A model generated the notes under the pieces. The model did not search any database and had not been told where the DNA came from. It was given only the letters and a program-made list of their open reading frames with translations. DNA of 64,000 bases from Candidatus Latescibacterota bacterium. GTDB lineage: Bacteria; Latescibacterota; UBA2968; UBA8231. The stretch lies in the NCBI GenBank assembly GCA_965261395.1, contig OZ253462.1:896001-960000 (forward strand), given 5' to 3'. Made by a program: the position numbers and the translations under genes. The stretch's first letter is position 1. Every line of letters starts with the position of its first letter. Of the stretch, positions 33,861 to 43,393 are shown in pieces.

Positions 33861-35885
33861 CTAGTAGGCCAAGCCCAGCGGCTGCTGGTGGCGGAAGGTT
33901 TTGAATTCCGACTTGAGGGCGATTTCCACCAGATACAGACCTGGTGCCAACAACTCACCGCCCGCGTCGCGGCCGTCCCATTGCACGGTTTGCGGCCCGG
34001 CACTTTGCATTCCGACTTCGCGACCGCCGACCCGGACGCCGCGCAAGTCGTAGATGTTGAAGGCCACGGGCACCGGGGCGGGCAAGCGGAACAAGGTGTA
34101 GCTGACGGCTAGCACATCATTGGCACCGTCTCCGTTGGGGGTCAAGACTTTGCTTGAAAAAGCTAGGTCTTCGATGGGTGTCCCGGCCTCTTGAGCGCCA
34201 CCCAAGACCCGCAGGCTGTTGGTGCTGACCTCGTCGGTGGCGTTGCCGGCCTCGATCTGCTGCGGCAGACTCGCCTCGCCCGTGTCGAAAACCTCGCCAG
34301 CGAACGTGTTGGCAAAGATGAAAACCTCTGTGCCGAAGACCAGTCGCACGGGTTCGTTGCGGTCGCGCGTGACGGACTGCGGCAGATGCACCACTAGTTC
34401 GTTGTCCCCCTCTATCACTTCGGTCGGTTCTACTACTTGAAGCGGCAGGCCCATCTCTAGTCGTTTCAAGTGGGGGCGACTACCCGTGCGGATCCGGATG
34501 GTGTCGAAGCCCGGCTGGCTCGCCGCGTCGAACTGGGCACGCACATCGTAGGTAAAGTCCGTCATCTCCCCTAAGTACACCTTGGTTAGACCACCATCGG
34601 GCGTCGGCTCATCGAAGCGGGCGACCTCGCCTAGGACTTGCGAGGCTAGCGGCGGTGCGGTCTCAACCCACAGCGAGTCGAGCCGCACGAAGTCGAAAAA
34701 GGAGTCGCTCTCGAAAGTGAGTCTTACTTGGATATGGTTGCCGCGCTCCAGCGGGGCGGGCTGTCCAGACTCAGCGAGGGGAAAAGACCAGAAGGTCCAG
34801 TTGTCTTGGTCGTAAATGATTGAGGCTCTAAGGCCAGGCTTACCCTCTTGGATCTGGCCGCCGGTAGTCTGGTCTGGTTGCTTGAGTTCGTTCTCGAAGC
34901 GCTTGCGAGAGACCGTCCGCTCGGCACCGGTGTCGGTAAACTCGTGATAGACGTTGGGGTCGTAGTCGCGGCCAGAGCGCACGGAGATCGCGACTCGGGC
35001 TTGGGCATCGTCAACGAGGGTAGGGACTCCATCGACCGTTCGCATGGGGGAGGCGTCCCAAAATAGACGCCCGAAATTCACCGTGCGGCCTAGGGGGATG
35101 ATCTTAGAGAGATAAAATACCCGCTTGGGCACCCCTTCGCCCTTGAGTTCGAACTCGCCGATGGTCCCCTGCTGGACATTGGCTTGGCCCGAGGCAAAGG
35201 TTTTGTCGTCGATAGATGGATTGCGCCGCAGGCGTATGAAACGCACGTACTGCTTGGGAATGTTGAGCTGGACATTGGCGTCGAAGTTGAGTGGCACATC
35301 GGCGACCAAGGTTTCTAGGCGGTGATAGTCGTTGTCGTTATTCTCTAGGTTGAGGACGGGGTCGAACTCCTCGGCGATCGAGACTTCAAATGCCTTGAAG
35401 ATATCGTCGCGCAGCAGTGTCCCGTCGGCGCGAAAACCGTGCGGAGGCGTGTAGAATCCAACCACGTCGGCCGGTACCGGGACTCCCACGTCGAAGGTGT
35501 ACCATTCCGAGTTGATGCCACGCGCCACCGGTGGGCTGTAAGAAGAGCTGTCGCCATCCACCCACTCGGTCGTCAGGGTTCCGGCCGTGAACCAATAAAA
35601 GCCGTTGGCCGCGCGCCAGACCCGCGGAATGAGGCCGTCTTCGTAACCCAAGGAGGTGGGAAACTTGAAGGGCGACCAAGAGGGGAGTCTGGAGAGAATA
35701 TTCTCCTCGCCGTCGAAGTAGGTCGGTGCTATTGAGCCGGGAAAGGTCTCGAAGTCGATAAAGACTTCGCTGCTGTCACTCTGACTCCAAGCTAAGCCTT
35801 GGCCGCCCAGCTTCCACAGCGAAACTTGGGCGGATGCTGGTGCTGTAGTCAGCGCGAGCGCGATGAGAATCGACCATTTATGCAC
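33861..35885 (-). CDS. Large secreted hypothetical protein with C-terminal FlgD-Ig/T9SS-like domain
   Basis: GTG 35885 after GAGGAG; signal peptide ending ASA-Q; C-terminal TPNGDGAND...IYDLRG...WDGRD..G..LAPGLY. Confidence 0.75.
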   Translation of the reverse strand: MHKWSILIALALTTAPASAQVSLWKLGGQGLAWSQSDSSEVFIDFETFPGSIAPTYFDGEENILSRLPSWSPFKFPTSLGYEDGLIPRVWRAANGFYWFTAGTLTTEWVDGDSSSYSPPVARGINSEWYTFDVGVPVPADVVGFYTPPHGFRADGTLLRDDIFKAFEVSIAEEFDPVLNLENNDNDYHRLETLVADVPLNFDANVQLNIPKQYVRFIRLRRNPSIDDKTFASGQANVQQGTIGEFELKGEGVPKRVFYLSKIIPLGRTVNFGRLFWDASPMRTVDGVPTLVDDAQARVAISVRSGRDYDPNVYHEFTDTGAERTVSRKRFENELKQPDQTTGGQIQEGKPGLRASIIYDQDNWTFWSFPLAESGQPAPLERGNHIQVRLTFESDSFFDFVRLDSLWVETAPPLASQVLGEVARFDEPTPDGGLTKVYLGEMTDFTYDVRAQFDAASQPGFDTIRIRTGSRPHLKRLEMGLPLQVVEPTEVIEGDNELVVHLPQSVTRDRNEPVRLVFGTEVFIFANTFAGEVFDTGEASLPQQIEAGNATDEVSTNSLRVLGGAQEAGTPIEDLAFSSKVLTPNGDGANDVLAVSYTLFRLPAPVPVAFNIYDLRGVRVGGREVGMQSAGPQTVQWDGRDAGGELLAPGLYLVEIALKSEFKTFRHQQPLGLAY

Positions 35886-36028
35886 TGTTTTGCTCCTCAA
35901 GCTAGTCGCCAATGTTGCCAGCGACTTTTTTACGTAGTCCAAGTTTTCACTTAATCTAATAAGGCTCGTATCTCAAGCTCAAGCTGGTAGGCGATATTTA
36001 GAGTACACGCAATCGTCCATTTTGCACT

Positions 36029-37150
36029 ATGACCAATAAAACTACGCGCGGGCCTCTGAGGTGGCTCCGCGGCGATATGCACAACCACTGCGAAGATCAG
36101 GACTTGGTCGCCGAGCATTTGGAAGGGGCGTGTAATACACTCGATTTTATCGCGCTGACCAACCACGCGCAAAAACCCGTCTTCTTTGAACAGCACCGCA
36201 TGATTGAGCAAGCGCGCCGCATCCTGCCGGGGTTCCCCATCTTCTTCGGGCTAGAGTGGAACGCGCCTAGGGGGGGCCACGCCGGGCTCGTCTTTCCGAT
36301 GGGCGAGCGCGAGGCTGAAAACGCCTATGCCTTCGCCGCCGCCCACGACCGGCTGGGGGCTGCGGCTCCTGTAGGTGTAGAAGCGGCGTTAGATCATCTG
36401 AGCGCGTTGCCAGCGGCAGAGCGCCCCATCCTCTTCTTCAACCACCCCGCTGCCGGCCAGTGGTCCACAGAGAGCATCAACCGCTATCTAGCCGCTGATC
36501 GGGCGGACCTCGTCGTTGGTATCGAAGCCTTGCACGGACACCAAGCTCACGCCAAAGTCGCTGCGATGGACCCGTGTGCCTATCCGGGGGGAGCCATCGG
36601 TGGTTTGGTTGACCAAGTGTACGCCTGCCTGCGGCCATTTTCCCTGCTGTTGAACTCTGATTTCCACGTCCACAAGCAATCGCATCAGCCCGATTATCCG
36701 CTAGGTGTCTTCAATCACGTCCAGGTCGGTGTGGAGGCCGGCCACCCCACCCCAGAAGCGATCTTCGCCAGCCTGCGCCGAGGGCGCACATGTGCCTCCC
36801 AAGGGCACTGGCTCGACTTCGGCGATTTCTCGGTCGATAGCCGTTTTATCGGCGACACTTGGAGGGGAGGGCCCGGTGTTTTGCGCGTTGCCTTTGAGGC
36901 AACCGAAGCGATCGAAAAGGCCGAGCTGATTGGCCAGTGGCAGCCAAACGCCGCGCCCGCCGTACTGGAGTGTCTGGGACCCCGGCCAACTGGGAGCTGC
37001 GAATGGATGCTGGAGATCCCACCTGATGCCCAAGGCTTCGTGCGCCTGCGCATAATCGCCGAGAGCCGTGCGCGCCCGGCTCCAGGACCGCCGGCCCCCA
37101 AACACTTTCTCACCTCGGCAATCCTCTTAGATGCCGGCCGCGGCTGTTAG
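36029..37150 (+). CDS. PHP-domain metal-dependent hydrolase
   Basis: GDMHNH, ALTNH, GLEW, GH, FNHP, NSDFH metal ligands. Confidence 0.75.
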   Translation: MTNKTTRGPLRWLRGDMHNHCEDQDLVAEHLEGACNTLDFIALTNHAQKPVFFEQHRMIEQARRILPGFPIFFGLEWNAPRGGHAGLVFPMGEREAENAYAFAAAHDRLGAAAPVGVEAALDHLSALPAAERPILFFNHPAAGQWSTESINRYLAADRADLVVGIEALHGHQAHAKVAAMDPCAYPGGAIGGLVDQVYACLRPFSLLLNSDFHVHKQSHQPDYPLGVFNHVQVGVEAGHPTPEAIFASLRRGRTCASQGHWLDFGDFSVDSRFIGDTWRGGPGVLRVAFEATEAIEKAELIGQWQPNAAPAVLECLGPRPTGSCEWMLEIPPDAQGFVRLRIIAESRARPAPGPPAPKHFLTSAILLDAGRGC

Positions 37151-37448
37151 GGGAGATCGTCAGGATTAGGCTCGTAGCTATCTAGCCCGAGGCGGCAATG
37201 TGCAACAATTGAACCACTAAGTCCGCTTCCCCTAGCTTCCCCAAACAACCGCATAACTACGCTCCTCTTTATGTTGTCACGTGAAGAGGTCGCCCATTTT
37301 TGCAGACGACCTCAAAAAACAATAAGTTGCGATACCCTGTTAATCGGGAATGTGGTGAGGTGACATACGGAATTTTTGTCATTAGGGTCTAATATCCCGC
37401 CGCCTGCGCGACTATTTCTGATAATGAGCTACCTTGAAGGGGATTTTC

Positions 37449-39767
37449 ATGCTGGCCTACCTGCTCTGTATGCTTCTCGCGGGTTCCGCCCTCCACGCCG
37501 AGTACCCCCCTGGTCAAGTCCTCTTAACCCCCAAGATCGACCTCCGCCTCGAACCGACGCCTGTTGAGGGTCTCCCCGACCGCACCCTCAATCTCCCCCC
37601 CGGCTTTAAGGCCAAACTCTTTTCCGACCAAGTAGATAAAGCCCGCTTTATGGCCTGGGACGACCAAGGCGTCCTACACGTGGCAAACATGAAGACTCAG
37701 GGAAGGAATCAATGGAGCCCGGCCTCCGGCCGCCAAAGCACGGTGTTGGCCTTGCCCGACAAAGACGGCGATGGCCGCGCCGACACCGTGTACAAGGCCG
37801 CTGACGACTTTCACTGGCCGCACAGCGTCGCTTTCTACCAAGGAGCGCTCTTCGTCGCCGATGACGATGCGATCTACCGCCTCGAAGACCGGGATTCGGA
37901 TGGCTTTTACGAGGAGCGCGCCGTCTTCGCCGAGGTGCCCGGTTTTATGGGCCGATCCTCTGAGCACGTAACCCATACGCTGGTTTTCGACGAATCCAAC
38001 GACAAGCTCTACTTCCACGTTGGCTCAGGTTGCGATCTGTGCCGCGAAGACGACCCCGAACGTTCCACGGTTCTACAGCTCAACACCGACGGCACGGGTC
38101 GGCGGATCTTTGCTTCTGGCCTGCGCAATGCCATCGGCCTCGACTTGCACCCGGTCACCGGTGAGCTGTGGGGTGCCGGTAATGGACACGACCGCGAGGG
38201 ACGAGACTGGCCGCCGGAGTGGATCACCCCCCTCCGCGACGGCGGCTTCTATGGTTGGCCGTTGGCTTACGCCTATCAGGTCTGGACTGATTTCTCCATT
38301 GATGCCTATCGACGGGCGATTTTCCCGCTGACCGACGCCGACTCGCTGTTGGTTGCCAGCATGGAGCGTCCGGCGGCCCTCGTGCCGGCCCATTTGGCAC
38401 CGATGGGGCTGCATTTCTACAAGCGCGATCAGTTTCCCCCTCAGTACAAACACGCCGCGTTTGTCGCCTTCCGCGCCGGTGTCTTGGGCAACGATCCGGG
38501 CTACAAGGTCATGGCGTTCTTTGCCGAGCCGGATGGGTCCAACGCCCGCATCGCCGATTTTCTCACCGGCTTCCGCCCCGACTCCAACAGCGATTCCTTC
38601 TGGGGGACGCCGGTAGGGCTGACCACTGACGAACAGGGCGTTCTCTACCTGACGAGTGATCGCTTCACGCAGGCGATCTTTCGCATCGAGGCCAGCCCCC
38701 TCCAGGGCACGTGGGAAAATCCCCCGCCCGACACCTTGCTCGCTGGAGCAGCGCTACCTTTGCGTTCGACGATTCACCTCCGGCGGCAGGTAGCAGATGC
38801 CGAGCCTGCTCAGCTAACGGCTAATCTGGCTGCATTAGGTGGCCCGGAGGCGTTGCCGTTGCAACGAATAGACGACCAGACCTATCGCTTGGAAGCCGAC
38901 CTCTCAGCCGGCGAGCACAACGGTCGCAAAAAGCTGGTGGTACATCTCACCCAAGGCGACGAGGCGACCAAGCTGGTGCATTCTATCGTCGTGCTGCCCA
39001 AAGAGGATCAAATCCTCTTTGCCGACGAGCTCGCTTGGGACCAAGGCGCGCTCTACAGCGCACAACTCGACCCGACCCATGCCGATACCGTCTTCGCCGG
39101 CCAGCGGGCGCTGCGGGTGGAAGCTCGAGGTTTTACCATTGAATTTCTGCCCCGTGCGCCGATCGCCAGCGTCGGCTACGCCGCGCTGCGCTTAGCCTTG
39201 CATCCCGGCACTGCCACCGGCGGCTTCCGGCCCTCCTTTGGTCTTGTCGCCAATGGCGACACCGGCCACCCGCTTAGCCTCATTGACCAAGTTGATCTGG
39301 ACTTGGACCAGTGGCAGACCGTCGAGATCGCCTTGGACAAACTGGTCTTCGGCGGCCCTATTGAGTCGCTGCGTCTAATCGGCAGCCTGCGCGGGACTTT
39401 CTACCTTGACGAAATCCGCTTGGTCGCCGCCCAGTCTTCTGGAGGTGCTACGGCGGTACAGGAAGAGGGCGACCGAGGCGGTGCGCCGCGAGAATTCGCC
39501 CTAGATCTGAACTATCCCAATCCGTTCAATAGCACCACAACCATCCGCTACCGCATCGAAGAGCCGGGACAGGTGCGCTTGGAAATTTTCGACGTACAGG
39601 GCCAGAAGATGAGGACGCTCGTCGACGGCTATGCAGGCCCAGGCGTTTACCAAGTTGAATGGGATGGAGCGGACGTCAGCGGGAACCCTGTGGCCACAGG
39701 CGTTTATCTAGCGCGCCTACAGAAGGGCAGCGCCTCCTTAGTCCACAAGATGCTGTTGCTCAAATAG
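37449..39767 (+). CDS. Glucose/sorbosone dehydrogenase-like beta-propeller with C-terminal T9SS/FlgD-type sorting domain
   Basis: Signal peptide; FASGLRNAIG, GGFYGWP, AHLAPMGLHFY; C-terminus NYPNPFN...WDG...ATGVYLARL...KMLLLK. Confidence 0.82.
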   Translation: MLAYLLCMLLAGSALHAEYPPGQVLLTPKIDLRLEPTPVEGLPDRTLNLPPGFKAKLFSDQVDKARFMAWDDQGVLHVANMKTQGRNQWSPASGRQSTVLALPDKDGDGRADTVYKAADDFHWPHSVAFYQGALFVADDDAIYRLEDRDSDGFYEERAVFAEVPGFMGRSSEHVTHTLVFDESNDKLYFHVGSGCDLCREDDPERSTVLQLNTDGTGRRIFASGLRNAIGLDLHPVTGELWGAGNGHDREGRDWPPEWITPLRDGGFYGWPLAYAYQVWTDFSIDAYRRAIFPLTDADSLLVASMERPAALVPAHLAPMGLHFYKRDQFPPQYKHAAFVAFRAGVLGNDPGYKVMAFFAEPDGSNARIADFLTGFRPDSNSDSFWGTPVGLTTDEQGVLYLTSDRFTQAIFRIEASPLQGTWENPPPDTLLAGAALPLRSTIHLRRQVADAEPAQLTANLAALGGPEALPLQRIDDQTYRLEADLSAGEHNGRKKLVVHLTQGDEATKLVHSIVVLPKEDQILFADELAWDQGALYSAQLDPTHADTVFAGQRALRVEARGFTIEFLPRAPIASVGYAALRLALHPGTATGGFRPSFGLVANGDTGHPLSLIDQVDLDLDQWQTVEIALDKLVFGGPIESLRLIGSLRGTFYLDEIRLVAAQSSGGATAVQEEGDRGGAPREFALDLNYPNPFNSTTTIRYRIEEPGQVRLEIFDVQGQKMRTLVDGYAGPGVYQVEWDGADVSGNPVATGVYLARLQKGSASLVHKMLLLK

Positions 39768-39769
39768 TC

Positions 39770-40204
39770 ATGCAGCGCCTCAACCTGCCGGCCGCGACCT
39801 TTGATATCCGCCAAGTTGAAGGCAAGCGCGAGATACTCGACCCTTTGCGCCGCAAGTACGTGCGATTGACGCCCGAGGAGTGGGTGCGGCAGCACTTGGT
39901 GCAGTACCTAATATCGGATTTGGGCTACCCGCGCGGGTTGATCGCCATTGAGAAAAGCATCGACCTCCACGGCAAGCGATTTCGCGCCGATGTTATCGTC
40001 CACGACCGCGCGGGCGGTGCCGTGCTAATGGCCGAGTGCAAAGAGCCGGACGTTCCTATCAGCCAGCAGACCTTCGACCAAATTGCCGCGTACAATCGCG
40101 TGGTTCAGGCCCACTGTCTTTTGGTCACCAATGGCTTGGTCCACTACTGCTATGTCACCGATCTCGGCTTCCTCGACCGGGTGCCGCGTTACGACGAGTT
40201 GTGA
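39770..40204 (+). CDS. Stand-alone HsdR N-terminal (HSDR_N_2) nuclease-fold protein
   Basis: LTPEEWVRQ, RADVIV, AECK, QIAAYN, VTNG. Confidence 0.82.
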   Translation: MQRLNLPAATFDIRQVEGKREILDPLRRKYVRLTPEEWVRQHLVQYLISDLGYPRGLIAIEKSIDLHGKRFRADVIVHDRAGGAVLMAECKEPDVPISQQTFDQIAAYNRVVQAHCLLVTNGLVHYCYVTDLGFLDRVPRYDEL

Positions 40205-40212
40205 ACGCTCCT

Positions 40213-41424
40213 TTAGCCGGCTTCCGCGCTCCAGAAATCCGACACCGCACCATCCCGCGCGATCATCCTCTCCAACGCCAATAAGTTCCGCATCACGCAC
40301 CGCGGATGGTGATAGTGTTCTTTTCGGGATACGTGGTCGGTGTAATTCACCTTCCGGTCTCCGCCATACAAATACAACGGGTACCCGTGCTGCTTGAGCG
40401 AAAACCGCTCTTCTACACAATCGAAAACTCGTCCAAACCACTCCGCGGCCCACTCCAATCCCGCGTGTTCCAACAGAATCAGACAGCCGATCAAGGCCTC
40501 TTCCTGCAACCAGAGCACCTTGTCGAAGGTAAAGGTGCCGTGTACGTGCATCGCGCGGAAAAGCCCACCATAGACGTCGTCCCAGGCCACTTCGAGGTGG
40601 CGGCGGAAGCGCGTGGCAGCCAGATCAAAGAGCGCACGATCTCTGCGGCGCATTGCCTCGGGCAGCAGCATCCACAGCGTCTCGATTGCGTGGCCTAGGT
40701 AGATAAAGTCCTCGTTGGGGTCGTCGGGCCGTCTATAATCGTGGTCTAGCGCCTCGTTCATCAGGCGGTATTCGGGATGCCAGAAGCGATGGACAATCGC
40801 ATCGACGACGCGGTCGGCGAGCGCTTCCAACTTGGGGTCGGCAACCTGTTCAAGTAGCTGTGTCAGTATCAGCACTAGCACCATCTGGTTGCCTAATATC
40901 CGCATCCCAGGATAGTTGTGCGGGATATACCCTTCCTCTGGGGAGCGCTCGGGATCGTCAAAAAAAGAAACCGATCGCCAGAGGCTAGCGATGGCGGTTT
41001 CGAGGGCCTCTGCGTCGCCGGTCGCCCGGGCGTAGGCCTGTAATCCTTCGGCGACGAAAAGGCCCTCGTAGCCCCGCTTCGTAGCCGGCGAGATGACCTG
41101 CCCCCGCCGATCTAATGCCGTTACCCAATTTCCTGCTTGGTCTCGGCCATGCGCGAGGAGAAAGTCGCGTGCCTTGCGCGCCACCTGCAGGTGTTCCTCC
41201 CCACCAAAGTGCTGGTATAGATACGAGTATGTCCACAGGCCGCGACCCTGATACCACATGTTCTTGCTGTCTTCTAGGCGAGTGCCGTCGTGATCTAGGG
41301 CGCAGGTAAACCCGCCTAGCTCGTGGTCTATGCCGTACCGAGACCAAAAGGGCAGATACTCCTCGAAGAGGTAATGCCGATAGTGGTCCCTGAAAGCGAT
41401 CAGGCTTTTCCCCGCTATATCCAT
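40213..41424 (-). CDS. AGE family epimerase (N-acylglucosamine 2-epimerase-like)
   Basis: PFWSRYGIDHELGG, WYQGRGLW, GHAIE, WLQEEA, YHHPR. Confidence 0.85.
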   Translation of the reverse strand: MDIAGKSLIAFRDHYRHYLFEEYLPFWSRYGIDHELGGFTCALDHDGTRLEDSKNMWYQGRGLWTYSYLYQHFGGEEHLQVARKARDFLLAHGRDQAGNWVTALDRRGQVISPATKRGYEGLFVAEGLQAYARATGDAEALETAIASLWRSVSFFDDPERSPEEGYIPHNYPGMRILGNQMVLVLILTQLLEQVADPKLEALADRVVDAIVHRFWHPEYRLMNEALDHDYRRPDDPNEDFIYLGHAIETLWMLLPEAMRRRDRALFDLAATRFRRHLEVAWDDVYGGLFRAMHVHGTFTFDKVLWLQEEALIGCLILLEHAGLEWAAEWFGRVFDCVEERFSLKQHGYPLYLYGGDRKVNYTDHVSRKEHYHHPRCVMRNLLALERMIARDGAVSDFWSAEAG

Positions 41425-41439
41425 GTCGTTCTCCTAGAG

Positions 41440-42339
41440 CTAAGAGTCTGGATCGGTCTTAAAGCGGCCTTGGCCATCAATGTGCAAAGAAGCCCGCGTC
41501 TCCCCCTCTTCGTCGTAGAAGTCCAGCCGGGGGTTTCCGCCGGTCGGTAGGCCTAACCCGGCGCGGAAACGCTGCTCCTCGTCGAGAACTCCAAGCCAAG
41601 CGATTCCCTCTTCCAGTACCCCGACGATGGTGCGCGTGTGGCTGTCTTGGTCGCGCATTTCAAGCAGGGTCATGCCATCGGCTCGCACGCTCAATGTAGC
41701 GCGCACCTCGCCTTGGGCATCGTAGAGCTTGAGCGAGGGCACTTCTTCGTCTTCGAGGCCGCTTTGCAGCCGCATCCGTCCTTGGGCATCGAAGAAGCTC
41801 AGTCGCATAGCGCCGGCGTGACCGCTGCCTAGGCCGGCGCGGGGCCGTCCGGTCTCGTCGTAAAAAGCCAAACTGCCGGCCCCGTCCTCGCTCAGCGAAA
41901 GGCCCGCCCGCACTTCGCCCCGCTCGTCGTAGAGTTCCAGCAGAGGGGCCTTATCGCTCCCTAGCCGCAAGTCGGCCCGCACCTGTCCTTCTCGGTCGCG
42001 CAACTTAAGTCCATTGCTCAGCACGGCGGTAACTTCACCGTCGGCATCCCTCAACTCGAGCTCGCCGCCATTGGGCCCCTGCACCAGTTGAGCCAGTAGT
42101 TGGCGCTCGTCTCCACTCAATACAAAACGCCGTGCCTTCACCGTCCCCAGCCGCCAACGCGCAATGAGCAGCCCCAGCGAGACGAGCAGCGCCCCCCCAC
42201 TGGCCAAACCCACTAGATAGACGACGCGCTCCAACGCCTCCAAGTCCTTCCTCAGCGCCTCCCCTTCTAGGGGCTGAGCTCCGCCAAATGAGCTGAGCAG
42301 GACCAGCAATTGCACCGCCCTGAGCCAATGGATCGACAT
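41440..42339 (-). CDS. Membrane-anchored hypothetical protein with 23-aa tandem repeats
   Basis: Signal peptide and TM segment, then about 9 repeats of L-x-l-y-D-x-x-G-x-x-R-A-x-L. Confidence 0.75.
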   Translation of the reverse strand: MSIHWLRAVQLLVLLSSFGGAQPLEGEALRKDLEALERVVYLVGLASGGALLVSLGLLIARWRLGTVKARRFVLSGDERQLLAQLVQGPNGGELELRDADGEVTAVLSNGLKLRDREGQVRADLRLGSDKAPLLELYDERGEVRAGLSLSEDGAGSLAFYDETGRPRAGLGSGHAGAMRLSFFDAQGRMRLQSGLEDEEVPSLKLYDAQGEVRATLSVRADGMTLLEMRDQDSHTRTIVGVLEEGIAWLGVLDEEQRFRAGLGLPTGGNPRLDFYDEEGETRASLHIDGQGRFKTDPDS

Positions 42340-42362
42340 GTCGCAGTTTTCCGTTTTAGGTC

Positions 42363-43352
42363 CTACGAAGTTCGCGGTTCTTTATTTACCGCTTGGATCA
42401 TGGCGATGATATACCCGAACTGAAAAGCCCAGGCTTGGCGCACCCGGCCCGATACGCCCGCGGGCGGCTTGTCATCGGGATGGGACGGCGCGTGGTCGGG
42501 CATCAGCATGTATTCATAGCCTACGTCCCTCAGGGTGCGCGCCACCTCGTGCATGTCCACGTCGCCTTCGTCGGGCCAGACCTCTTGGAAATTGTGCAGC
42601 CCGCCCTTGATGTTGCGGTAGTGGATGTTGAAGAGCTTCCCGCGCTCGCCGAAATAGCGCACGATGTCGCAGAGTTCCTCGGCCGGATTTTCCAAGCCCT
42701 CAGACGCCACACCGCAACAAAAATTAAAGCCATGATACGGGCTATCGACCAGTTCGGAAAAGCGCTTGAGCCCCTCCATCACCGGCCAGTTCCAGCGCTC
42801 GACGCCGCGCAAGACGGGAGCTGGCGGGTCGTTGAGATGGCAGGCCAGCTGCACTTTGTTCTCCTCGGCTACCGGAATTACGCGCTCCAGCCAGTAGGCC
42901 GCCCGTTCAAACGCTTCTTCGCGGCTGACTACGCCCGCTTCGCTCAGCGTCTCGTTGTCGTATTTCGCTAGGTCAAATGAGCTGTACATCACGCCCCCAC
43001 GCCCGGGCGTGGGGGCGGTGCGCTGGTGCGGCAGGATGCAAAAGTTGTAGAGCAACGCCCGCAGCCCGGCCTTACCCGCGTTTTCGATCCAGCGGCAGAC
43101 CTCGTCGAGGTCTCGGTCGCGCTTCGGGTCCTGCGCCAGCGTGACGCTTTTGGGCACGCCGATGTGGGTCGACTCCAAGCTCACTCCATACTCAGCCGCC
43201 GCCTCCTTGTGCCGCACTAAGGTCTTGACCTCGTTGTCCTCTACCGAGGCGTTCATGTGTGTCACCCCATGTCGCACCAGAAACTCCAGCTCTACCTTTG
43301 AGGTCCCGATCCCTTGCACCCCGACGTGCATCCCGCCTTGTCCGTCACTCAT
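42363..43352 (-). CDS. uxuA: Mannonate dehydratase family
   Basis: LERVIPVAEE, HLNDPP, NFCCG, IHYRNI, DEGDVDM, MPDHAP. Confidence 0.8.
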   Translation of the reverse strand: MSDGQGGMHVGVQGIGTSKVELEFLVRHGVTHMNASVEDNEVKTLVRHKEAAAEYGVSLESTHIGVPKSVTLAQDPKRDRDLDEVCRWIENAGKAGLRALLYNFCILPHQRTAPTPGRGGVMYSSFDLAKYDNETLSEAGVVSREEAFERAAYWLERVIPVAEENKVQLACHLNDPPAPVLRGVERWNWPVMEGLKRFSELVDSPYHGFNFCCGVASEGLENPAEELCDIVRYFGERGKLFNIHYRNIKGGLHNFQEVWPDEGDVDMHEVARTLRDVGYEYMLMPDHAPSHPDDKPPAGVSGRVRQAWAFQFGYIIAMIQAVNKEPRTS

Positions 43353-43393
43353 TTTCGTTGCCCCTTTCTAGAAAATGACAAAGTGAATCACCG

